Origin: Malacoraja senta
Lineage: Eukaryota
Direction of reading: 5' to 3'
NCBI GenBank assembly: GCA_038087875.1
Contig: CM075988.1
Location: forward strand, 13,144,001 to 13,208,000
Length of the DNA stretch: 64,000 nucleotides
The stretch's first letter is position 1. Each line of letters starts with the position of its first letter. Positions 52,831 to 64,000 of this stretch are shown here, one piece after another. The position numbers and the translations under genes were made by a program. A model generated the notes under the pieces. That model made no database searches. It was not told where the DNA came from and saw only the letters and a list, made by a program, of their open reading frames with translations.

Positions 52831-53534
52831 CTGCCCTATTTGAAAAATATATATTTTTATTAATTCATAGAATAATATTAAACTTGGCAAGCCATTTTCA
52901 AAATTTGAATCAGGAACTACATTACAAACGATGCAAAAAAATTGTAATATTAGTATGTTGGAGTAGTGAAGAAATTTTGAGTGAGCGTATTTTGGAAATA
53001 AAAATTAAGCCATTGGAATATATTTCCTGCTGTGAATCTTATCACTGGCGTTTCTTCATTGTCACTGCTTTGCTATTTCTTTTCATTTGCTTCACTCAAG
53101 GCTAAAGTACACCATCCCCCATGCATTTCCTGTTCAAGAGTGCATTGGAATCACCAAAAAAAAAAACTCAAGATGGCGGAACGCATTTCTAGACTGCTGG
53201 CCTGTTTGCGGCCTATAACTTTGAGAAGCAGCGGTCTCCAGTAAGAAATCTAGCAATGTACAGGCCTTTGTTAACCAAAGCGTGATGTGTTCTGACCACT
53301 ACATCTCCATATTTCTCATCACCCAGACCTTTTCAACATGAATGTACAGTATTATTTCACCACAACTATGGAGCTATATCTTGGAACTTGGAACATCGCA
53401 GAAATGAGAAGTAAACGGCAAACTTAGACATACCCGTGGGAACTCGGTTAAACTCTTGATCATAAACTTGGAGTCTCGTACGCAACCACGAGTCTTTCAC
53501 TCGGGGTCACTCGTGGGTCAACTCGCACAGGGCT

Positions 53535-53885
53535 TAACTTGGGCCTGGATAGAGTGGATGTGGAGAGGATGTTTCCACTAGTGGGAGAGTCTAGGACCAG
53601 AGGTCATAGCCTCAGAATTAAAGGATGTTCCTTTAGGAAGGTGATGAGGAGGAATTTCTTTCATAAGGACGTGGTGAATCTGTGGAATTTATTCTCACAG
53701 AGGGCTATGGACGCCAGGTCAATGGATATATTTAAGGCAAAGATAGATAGATTCTTGATTAGTACGGGTGTCAGGAGTTATTGGAAGAAGGCAGGAGAAT
53801 GAAGTTAGGAACGAGAGATGGATTAGCCATGATTGAATGGTAGAATGGCCTAATTCTGCTATTTTCACTTATGAACATGAACTGC
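53535..53885 (+). mobile_element. CR1 LINE 3' fragment
   Basis: GLDRVDVERMFPLVGESRTRGHSLRIKG. Confidence 0.88.
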
Positions 53886-56800
53886 TTATGCAGTTGTAGT
53901 ATTTTCTTTTAAAATTTACATTTTCTTGTAGTATTTTCTTTTAAAATTTACATTATCTTGCACACTCCTACCAAAAGTGAATATAAATGCCTTCAGAGAA
54001 GACAAAAGATCTCCTGCCACTGTATTGTCCGTACTCTGGTGTTCTGGACGTAAATCAAAGCAGGTTTACTTTTCCGATCTTTGACAGAATGGTCCAGATT
54101 TTTGGCTTTTCACCTCTCCCTGAAAATTGTATGGTTTTCTTGACTCCGGGTTTCATCGGGTGGCACCATCCATAACGGCAGCCTCGCCAGCAGTGTGTCT
54201 GTCATTTTGACTTTTTTTGTTTTTTAGTATGTCTAAATGTATGTGTTAATATTTCTCAGTATGTTTTTATGTTGGGGGCAGTGGGGGGGAATAGGAGGAA
54301 ACCGTTTCCAGTCAATTACCTCGGTGAAGATGCAACTTTCTCCTAGTCGCATTTTTGCCCTCCCTCACGGCCTAACAACTTGGAGTAATGCGGGCTTTCC
54401 CGGAGACAGTCCAGAGCTTCAGCAGCAGGCGCGGCGTGGACAGTAACGTCACGGAGCCAGAAGAAAGGCTCTGACCACGGGCCTGCTGATTTTAACATCG
54501 TGAAGCCGCGGTCTGCGGAGCTTCTAGCCACGGGCGTGGAGTGGACTTTACCATCCCAGAGCCAGGATCCCCTGCCGGGGATCGCCAGAGAAGAGCTCCG
54601 ACCGCTGGCCTGTCTGAGGCCTATAACTTTGAGAAGCAGCGGTCTCCAGTAAGAAAGTGGCCAATTCGGGCTCTCTAAGCGTGTTCCATCCATCCCGACG
54701 TCGGAGCTTCGATCATCCCGATGAGAGGTCTTGTGCATCGAGCCATCCGCAGCGGTGACTACGAGGGTCAAGGCCCCATACACGGGTGAACAAAAGGAGG
54801 AAGATTGACTGAACTTTATTGCCTTCCATCACAGTGATCACTGTGGTGGATGTTTATGTTAAGTTCTATCGTTCTTTTAATTGTGTTGTGTTCTTTTAAT
54901 TGTATGGCTGCATGGTAACTCAAATATCACTGTACCTTAACTGGTGCATGTGACAATAAATGTGAATTTGATTTGATTTGATTTGACTTGATCTTTCTGC
55001 TCTGCATTCCTCATTGGATGAGTTTCCTAACTCCACACTAAGATTTAATAAAAACATGTATTCATTTGGCAATTACCTTTTCCGTTCCACATTTATGACT
55101 TGTTGTATTGCTTATTTGGAGGGCAGATTGACTAACGGCTAGTGAATGGCCACAACGGGTTTTAAATCAGCAATTCAGACACTATTTAAATGCAAAAATA
55201 GAATATTGCAGTGAAGTGGCAGAAAATGGGAGCTAATGTATCAGCTACACATATACTGAATATAGGCCAGAATTATCTTGGTTGGTTTGGGGAAGATCTC
55301 GTGCTATACTACCCATTTTGCACAGAAAAAACAAGGCGCATTTCAACACTAATAATTATGATACTCAGTGAAAATCAATTATTAAAAATAGCTGAGTATC
55401 AAAATCTCACATGGTTTTTAGGTCCCAAACTTAAAATCAAAGAAAATTATGTAACAATTAAAAAATGAATGATTTGAATTTTAAAACATCTTAAGTTATG
55501 ATTAAAGTAATCCTCCTATTTCAGATTTTGGCTTTTCCTGTTAGTCACTGTTAGTCACTGAAGCAAATAAATTGGATTTTAATCACAGAAATATAGCATT
55601 GGTCCACTGATACATAATTTCTTCCATCTTAAAGAGGTTAAATGGTGTAATAGGGCAGGATTTGAGAAGTTCCAGTGTTCTATGCTCTGTTGTTCTTTTC
55701 AAAGAACAGAGGAAATAAAAAGTGGATGGTACAATAGCAGCCTTCATACATGCAATCGCATTTCAGCTTGCTTGTGCAGTGAACTGTTACAAGAAGAAAA
55801 GTATAAAGTAAACTTGCAAAGATTGGAAGGGGCAGTGGCTTTACTCTTGCAGTTCTTATGCTTGGCCTGGTTTGGAGCTACAGTTGTACAATGTGGTTAA
55901 CTGCAACATTTGTAAGTGAGAGCAGTGTGTGGTATGCAGCTGGATGTGCCTTTTGTATAGATCTGGTGACCACAGCAAAAAAAATAGTAGTCCACTACAA
56001 ACTGTCTATTTTTAAATTTTAATCATTTTATCTCAACTACAGATAAAATATCAGAACATTTTGGGAAGTGTTTGGAGTGAGATGTACGATCAGAGAAATC
56101 CTTTGCATACAGTGTGCAAGTTATTTTTTAAACAAATTCATTTGGGTTAATATTTTTTACTTAAAAAATTGTGAATTTATACCTGTAACCTTTGCAGCCA
56201 ATAATTAATTATTATTTTATGAATTATTTCACAGAGGTCAATGTTGGATTTAGCAGCCCAGTGGAGTAAATAAATAAAAGTTTTTGATCTTTTTTCCAAT
56301 GGTCAGATCCTCACTTCTCACCCCAAACTGACAGGAATAAGATCACTTTAGCAATACAGATTTGGGGTTCTTTGCATTGTTTTTCTTGTGGAAATGTGGG
56401 TAGTAAATGTTTACAAATAGCTTCACTGTAACATCTTTCAAAGTTAGGTCATTTGTTCTCATGTGGTTCCATTGTGTGTGACCAGGAGTTACTCTTGGAG
56501 AATAATAAAAAAATTGTCCTGAATCGTTTTTCTCTTCCATTTAAAATCTCTTTATGACTTGGTAGAACCATCAATTAGCTCTGCATGGATGAAAATTAAA
56601 TCTGAGAGCTTTCCTGTCTAAATGTTAAGTTCCATGCCTTACTATTCAGGGTGATATCTTTACAGATTAAAAGAAACATATGGAGATGTGCCATGAAAAA
56701 GAATATTCAGAGTTGTCATTTCAAATTTATATAATGATTCCATCATTGTTGAAATTCATTCAGACTGTAGATTCTTGTTAGTATCGACATATTACATGCA

Positions 56801-58716
56801 TTATTGCATGGCAGTGCCTGCATGTGTAGAATTGTAGCATGTGCCAAATGAATTTCACTGTGCAGTCGCATACATGACAAATAAAGCACCATTCTTATTA
56901 TCGATATCTGTGCCTTCAGATATTCATAGAAATATCCCACAAAGAACATTGTACATAAACAATTGTTAAAATTAGACTCCACTAGGATCTTAAGATAAAG
57001 CGCATTTAACTGTAAAATAAATAGTTCATACTACGAGATGACAGTAATGGTAAATGGTAGAGTAGTTGCTCTATACTTTTTTTTGTTACTGTACCTTCCT
57101 GATATGCTATCGAAACATAACAAAGTGGGGTTGGGTTGTGTGGAAAGGTTGGTCTTTGAGTAATAAACCTGAACAAAACCAGTGATCGATACTGGAGAAA
57201 CAAGGAAATGCAGTAACTCAGCGGGTCGGGTAGCATCTTTGGAGAACTTGAATAGGTAACATTTTGGGTCGGGGCACTTCTTCAGATTGAAGAAGGGTCT
57301 CGACCCAAAATGTCACCTATCTATGTTCTCAGGCTGAAGATGTGCCCCGATCTGAAATGTCACCTATCCATGTTCTCCAGAGATGCAACCTGACCCACTA
57401 AGTTACTCCAGCTCTTTGTATCTTTTTCAATGACATATACTGTTGCACACTGCCCCTCAGTTAATTCCATGGAAACAAATGTGAGCAGGTTGAGTCTAAC
57501 CAGCAGCACCATTTTTTTGTTTTAATTTACTACTAATGAGCAAAGGCGAATATCTTGAGTATGAAAGAAATTTAATTGAGCATGAAAGAAAAATAAGAAA
57601 AAAGTTAAGAGCAATAATTCTTTACTTTGGAAACTTCACTGCTGACCAGCAATCAAATGAAGTAAACCAGCAGCAACATAACTTGAGCTTGGCTAATGAT
57701 ACCTAAAAGACAGATTTGCATGGGTTCATTTCAATATGTTCCAATTAATATTTAGCCGACTCAGCCTCAATGGAAATAAACACATGCTTTGTCAAATGAG
57801 TAGCAAATGTTGCTGTGCATGTTTTGTATCTCTGCTTACGTCCAATTTAGCTTTTTTGTGTTGTTTCATTTCTGTATTTACAATCAGGAAAAAAGAACAC
57901 TATGGCTGCATTCACGGCTTGTTTCAAATATTTAAATTAAAAATTGATTTGAGATAAAAATCATATCTCAATTAAAAGATCTTGTTTTAGGCCGCCTTTT
58001 GTAATTCATGTTATCTCTAAGGCCTATCCTTCCCTTGATGTAGTCTGGCAAATGTCTTTTTATTTTTGTTTTCTGTAGATTGTTATAATATCCCTTATTT
58101 GAGCAAATTCTGGCTGAATGTCTTTTCCTTTTATCCTCGACCAAGTAATTTCCAATTCATTAATCTGAATAATCTTGTATTTGGGAGTGCTATCAATTAC
58201 ATAAGCATATATATCTGAAAATATCTAACAGGTCCATCCCGTCTTTAACCATGGATTCTATGTTAGCTTATACTTCCGAACATAACCTCAAGATCTCATA
58301 CATTTTTTTGGTGTTGTAAACTTTAATTTGTATTATCCGTATTTTCTAATTGATGGTCACACTTAAATCTTTGGTTACTAGTTTTATTTAGTAATTTCTT
58401 AATTTATTTGTGGTCCCTCTGATATTTTAAGTCTGTTTAAAGCTTCTATAATTCTCCCTGCCTCAGGTTATTACTTAGCATGGGCTGTGGAACCGGGGGG
58501 GGCTGCAGCCCTCCCACTTTTTTGGCTAGACATGTTTCAATGTCTCTGGCTTTGGACGAGGCGCTGCTGTGCTCTGAGAACCCTGGTCATGGGTGTTGGA
58601 GAGCCGGGGCGGAGGGAGGGATGGAAGCAGAAGCAGCGGCGGGGACAAATGCGGACGGGGAGCCGGGGCTGGCGAGTGTTTTCTAGGGTGGCGATTCGCT
58701 CGCTGCAGCTCCGGCC

Positions 58717-58860
58717 ATGGAGCAGCCTCACTACAAGAGTCCCGGGCCGACGGAGGCGTCGGAAGCATTGTGCCGCTGCCGTGAGAGTCTCTGCACCGAA
58801 TTCGCCCAGGTGACCAGCATGGACCAGGTTGCGGCTCGGTGCATCCTAGAGGAGCACCTG
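58717..58860 (+). CDS. TDP2: TDP2-like N-terminal UBA-like domain, exon 1 start, truncated by N gap
   Basis: Strong Kozak (gccATGG) in a CpG-rich tract, with an in-frame stop upstream. RESLCTEFAQVTSMDQVAARCILEE aligns from memory with the human TDP2 segment RRLLCVEFASVASCDAAVAQCFLAE. No downstream TDP2 exon recognised before 64000. Confidence 0.55.
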
Positions 58861-60209
58861 NNNNNNNNNNNNNNNNNNNNNNNNNNNNNNNNNNNNNNNN
58901 NNNNNNNNNNNNNNNNNNNNNNNNNNNNNNNNNNNNNNNNNNNNNNNNNNNNNNNNNNNNNNNNNNNNNNNNNNNNNNNNNNNNNNNNNNNNNNNNNNNN
59001 NNNNNNNNNNNNNNNNNNNNNNNNNNNNNNNNNNNNNNNNNNNNNNNNNNNNNNNNNNNNATGATCAAGTTGTACTGTTGTAAAATGTTATGTAAAATGT
59101 TGTAAAGGAGCATGCAAAAACTGCAAATAAAATACTGTAAGTTTTTGCAGTAAAGAAAACCTTTTTTTCGATTTTTGTGTGTTGATTTGATTGCCTGTTA
59201 CTGTTCGACTGTGTTTGTGTGTGCAGTGTACCTTTAATGGTCCTCCTGACCTAACAACTTCACATCACATCAATTTCAACATGGAATAGTGATGTGAATA
59301 CAACATTTAGTTCGACTTCAATTTCCATCATGAAAATTGAAGTCAAACTAAATGGTGCATTTACATTACTATGATCGCTTTCAAACTAACCTATTTACTC
59401 TCAAACTATTATAACAAATTCTAGTTCCATGATAAACAAGATCACAAATCACATTTTGAATTCCCAAACACAATGTGATTGTGAATAAATGCAGAGCTGC
59501 CAAGTTTCACCGAGCATTTCCGTATTTTGATGGCTGAAAATCAGTATTTTGTTGGGGAAATCTGTATTTCTCACATAAATGCAATAGAAAGTACTACACA
59601 AAAACTGGATTTTTGAAAATCAGTATTTTGCATGCAACCTCATGTTTTCTCAAATATCAGTATGGAATACTGAAAATCAGTACTACTGAATTGTGAAACC
59701 ATTTTTGAAATGTGAATTTATAATTCTTGATTTTGATTCAATCATATCCTTATAACTATAAAACTCAGATCTTGGATGTGTATGTGTGTATTTATTTATT
59801 TGTTTGTGTGTTTTCACATCTTCTCGAAAAGACAACATGCAAACGGGAAATTTTGTTAGAGATTTGTTATTCTGGTAGAGATTTACCCCCTGGAGTCCAA
59901 AATCGGCTTACCTGAAAATGTTGTGCTTTATTTCTTGAGTTATTAATAAAAATGTTCACAAATCCAATCAAACTTTGAAATCAAAATGCCTGTTTTTCGC
60001 TGATGACATGACAATGGATCTGCCTGCCTGCCTGCCGTCTGCTCGTGCTGCGACTGACGTCACCTACCACCCCTCCCTCCTCCCCCGGTTGTTCAAAAGT
60101 TGCCCTGTCGACTGAAGACCAAAGATCATAGCTGAAGACTGCGTCGGCCCAACCAGCGCTCCTTTGGTCCATGATCATTCGCTCGCCCACCCGCTCGCGC
60201 CTCGGCTCG

Positions 60210-60530
60210 GGTCTCTCCCCTTCCCCTTTCTCCCTCTCCCTCCCCTCTCTCTCCCTCCCATCTCGCTCCCTCCCATCTCTCTCCCCCCTCTCTCTCTCTC
60301 TCTCCCCCTCTCTCTCTCCCCCCTCTCTCTCCCCCCCTCTCTCACCCCCCCTCTCTCTCTCCCCCCACTCTCTCCCCCTTCTCTCTGCTCCCCTCTCTCT
60401 CCCCACTCCACCCCCTCTCACCCTCCCCCCTCTCTCTCCCCGCATTCTCTCCCCCTCTCTCCCGCCTCCCCCGGCTCTCTGTCTCAGCCTCTCTCTCTCT
60501 GTCTCTGCCCCTCTCTCTCTCTGCCTTTGC
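60210..60530. repeat. CT-rich low-complexity tract
   Basis: (ct)n and (cccct)n. It explains the spurious Pro/Leu/Ser and Arg/Glu/Gly ORFs. Confidence 0.9.
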
Positions 60531-60934
60531 TTGTTCACCTTATCTGAAAACACAACAGCAATAGTTGGGTAGATCACCCACGCCCCCTGACTCTTGTACC
60601 GCAGAAACGTTGCAGACAAGGGGGGCTTATAATTGGATCGGGGAGGGGGCAGTGGCGCGGTCTGCTCCGATAAGAAATGCCATAAATATTGGTGTTGGGC
60701 GCCCTTTCGGAGAGAGAACCTCAGCCTTGGACCGTGTCACGAACGGTGTCTGGTGATCTTGAACAGAGGTTTGAGAAGTTGACCCTGCGGCGTGCTCTGC
60801 TGTGTATTCTGGGTTTGCGAGTGCGTTCGGGGATATTCGGGGATACGTGAGTGTATGTGCCTTATTCAGTAGTATAATAAATGACTTAGTGAATCAAACT
60901 CTGTTAACTGAATCCTGTTTCTGTTCATAAAGAA

Positions 60935-62870
60935 ATGTGTGGAGGACTGCATCCCTACAAAAACCTTCCAAGTGTTTCCCAATCAGAAACCTTGGATGAA
61001 CTTTGAGATCCGCACTCTTCTGAAGACCAGACACCGGGCATTCATGTCTGATGATACAGTGGTCTACAAAAAGGCCAGATACGACCTTGGTAAGGCCATC
61101 AAAAAGGCCAAAAGGGACTTCTGCTCCAAACTGGAGGATGAGACAGATGTTCGGCAGCTGTGGTGGGGCCTGAATGCAATCACCTCCTGCAAGGCGAAAT
61201 CAGGAGGCAGCTCGAATGTCTGCGAAACATCACTCCCTGACGAGCTCAATGCGTTTTACGCATGCTTTGATCGGGAGAATACTGATGTGCCTTCCCGAGC
61301 CCCCATTCGCTGTGATGGTATTTCAGTCTCAGTCACAGAGGCCGACATCAGGAAATCCTTCAGAGGGGTGAACCCTCGAAAAGCGCCTGGACCTGATGGA
61401 CATTTTCAACCTCTCACTTCTGAGGTCTGAGGTTCCCATCTGCTTTAAAAGGGCATCAATTATACCAGTGCCCAAGAATAGCAAGGTGACGTACCTCAAT
61501 GACTATCGACCTGTGGCACTAACGCATTTGCACTAAAGTGCTTTGAGAGGTTGATCATGGCGCAAATATACTCCTACCTCAACAAAAACCTGGACCCACT
61601 GCAGTTCGCTTACCGCCACAACAGATCAACGGTGGATGCGATCTCGCTGTCCCTCCACTCCGCTCTGGACCACTTGGACAACAAAAACTCATATGTCAGG
61701 CTGTTATTCATTGATTACAGCTCGGCATTAAATGCAATCATCCCCTCCAAGCTGGTTACCAAACTCGCAGAACTGGGTCTCTGCGCATTCCTCTGCAATT
61801 GGATCCTCGACTTCCTCATTCACAGACCACAGACTGTTCGTATTGGTGGAAATGTGTCAGCCTCGATAACAATCAGCACGGGAGCACCTCAAGGCTGCGT
61901 GCTCAGCCCCCTGCTGTACTCACTCTATACTCATGACTGCGTAGCCGGTCATAGTGCGAACTCCATCATCAAGTTCGCTGACGACACCACTGTTGTGGGA
62001 CGTATCACAGATGGGGATGAGTCAGAGTAAAGAAGAGAGATCCAGCGACTGTCCATATGGTGCCAGCTCAATAACCTGGCCCTCAACACCAGCAAAACCA
62101 AGGAACTGATTGTAGAGTTTGGAAGGATTAGGATGGGGACCCACAGTCCCGTTTATATCAACGGGTCGATGGTTGAAAGGGTCAAGAGTTTCAAATTCCT
62201 GGGCGTGCACATCTCTGAAGATCTTTCCTGGTCCGAGAACACTGATGCAATTATTAAGAAAGCACATCAGTGCCTCTACTTCCTGAGAAGATTACGGAGA
62301 GTCGGTTTGTCAAGGAGGACTCTGTCTAACAGGTGCACAGTAGAGAGCATGCTGACCGGTTGCATCGTGGCTTGGTTCGGCAACTTGAGCGCCCTGGAGA
62401 GGAAAAGACTACAAAAAGTAGTAATCAATGCCCAGTCCGTCATCGGCTCTGACCTCCCTTCCATCGAGGGGATCTATCACAGTCGCTGCCTCAAAAAGGC
62501 TGGCAGTATCATCAAGGACCCACACCATCCTGGCCACACACTCATCTCCCCGCTACCTTCAGGTAGAAGGTAAAGGAGCCTGAAGACTGCAATGACCAGG
62601 TTCAGGAATAGCTACTTCCCCACAGCCATCAGGCTATTAAACTTGGCTTGGACATAAACTCTGAACATTAATAGCCCATGATCTGTTTATTTGCACTTTA
62701 TCAGTTTATGTATTCATGTGTGTATATATTTATATAATGGTATATGGACACACTGATCTGTTCTGTAGTCAATGCCTACTATGTTCTGTTGTGCTGAAGC
62801 AAAGCAAGAATTTCATTGTCCTATCAGGGACACATGACAATAAACACTCTTGAATCTTGAATCTTGAATC
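60935..62870 (+). mobile_element. 5'-truncated Rex1/Babar LINE (RT, disrupted)
   Basis: FPNQKPW; [18 protein letters not shown]; FIDYSSA; [20 protein letters not shown]; KFADDTT; (cttgaat)n tail. Confidence 0.92.
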
Positions 62871-63124
62871 CAGTAATTCTTCAAAAATTACATGTGGTTT
62901 ACATAAAATATCACCAAACGTGCACAGCAATAACTTTTGATACCATGAGGAAAATGTAGAATGGCTCGCGTGTTTTATAAAGACTGAACGATATAGTTGG
63001 CCAGCAATTATGTATTGCTATCATTGATTTTTACGCTCCCATTGCAGATATTATGCGTAAACTCTAATTAAATGCTGGACTTGAGTAAAGAATTGTAGAT
63101 CCCCTCTATCTAGCAAAAAATTTG

Positions 63125-64000
63125 ACTTATCATGCAGAATCCATTGCCCCAATTATAACCATGTAAGAATGAGATGCTTCTCATCAGGCACACACCCCGC
63201 CTGAGATCATCGCCCACCAACTCTGGAACTGTCTGAGGTGACTCAAGAAGGTGACCCAAAATCAAACCTATTTCCATATTGGCACAGGAGGTAGGCCTCT
63301 CACAACAGACGTGGATAGAATAGTAAGATAATCCACAGTCGCACATCTCATGCAATGGCTTCATCACTGATGCATTTGTAAGGGTCTGATTTAGGTAGAT
63401 TTATTTCCAATGATAGCTCTTACATGGAGAGCTCTTACATGTGCATATGTCCAGTTGATTTCGTTACAAATTTTCTGAGGCATTAAAATAAAGACAAATG
63501 AGGAATTTATTTATCAATGCTTTGGACAACCTTCTCAAATCCAACATTCTTAAAGAAATATTTTGCCATTACAAACAGCCCCAGGCCCATATAAGGAGGT
63601 TTTTGGCTATTTCTTTCTCAACTTAAACTCAATACCGGTGAGTTTACTAAATTGGCATAATTTCTAGAGTCGTGGAGTCATACAGCACGGAAACAGGCCC
63701 TTCACCTCAACTGGCCCATGCCGAGCAAGATGCCCCATCTTTACTGGTCCCACCTGCCCATGTTGGCCCCATATCCCTCTGAACCTTTTCGACCATGTAC
63801 CTGTTCAAATGTCTTTCAAATACTGTTGTCGTACCTGCTTCAACTACCTCCTCAGGCAGCTTCTTCCAGAAACCCACTACCCTGTGTGTAAATGTTGCCT
63901 CTCGGGTTCCTATTAAATCTTTTCTCTCTCACCTTATACATATGTTCTCAGGTTCTTGATTCCCCTACTGTGGGTAAAATACCCTGTCCATTCACCCTAT
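63125..64000 (+). repeat. Duplicated segment, paralogous to ~32375-32593 joined to 39864-~40520
   Basis: Colinear sequence lacking the L1 insertion but sharing the minus-strand CR1 at the same position (40140 versus 63665). Confidence 0.85.

Noticed and set aside
59981-60619. 212-aa Arg/Glu/Gly-rich ORF (also 15049-15534)
   Set aside because: Translation of CT/AG low-complexity tracts.
60595-60930. Solo LTR
   Set aside because: It has a TG start, a possible CA end and AATAAA, but no matching TSD and no second copy in the window.

Overview
Vertebrate genomic DNA, most likely a cartilaginous fish (skate/ray-like, inferred from the CR1, Penelope-hairpin and SINE content). It is mostly transposable elements, with two N gaps (31324-31574, 58861-59060). 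The main host content is a head-to-head pair of paralogous immunoglobulin-superfamily receptor genes about 40 kb apart. Gene A (+ strand, 45646-51292) reads leader-V-C2-I/C2-TM, has a GC-AG first intron, and has an in-frame TGA right after the TM helix. Gene B (- strand, about 2247-6958) reads V-(decayed second V)-TM with an Arg at the start of the TM, and its leader homologue is damaged (ATG>ATT). The two 348-nt V exons are non-rearranging VJ-type domains with a CD28/CTLA4-like FG loop (VFPPIY/H-x-x-GQGT). By hand count they differ at 30 non-synonymous codons and only 3 purely synonymous codons. A CpG-rich ORF start resembling the TDP2 UBA-like N-terminus lies at 58717, just inside a hAT-like end and cut by a gap. 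Mobile elements include a DIRS element with ITRs and ICR, a full-length L1 holding a second L1 flanked by a 106-bp duplication, an internally deleted Gypsy with both LTRs, Tc1, hAT elements, an ISL2EU-like THAP element, Harbinger-type MITEs, Rex/Babar, CR1 and Penelope-derived hairpins with hammerhead-like cores. A duplicated segment at the right edge suggests the receptor cluster may continue beyond the window.
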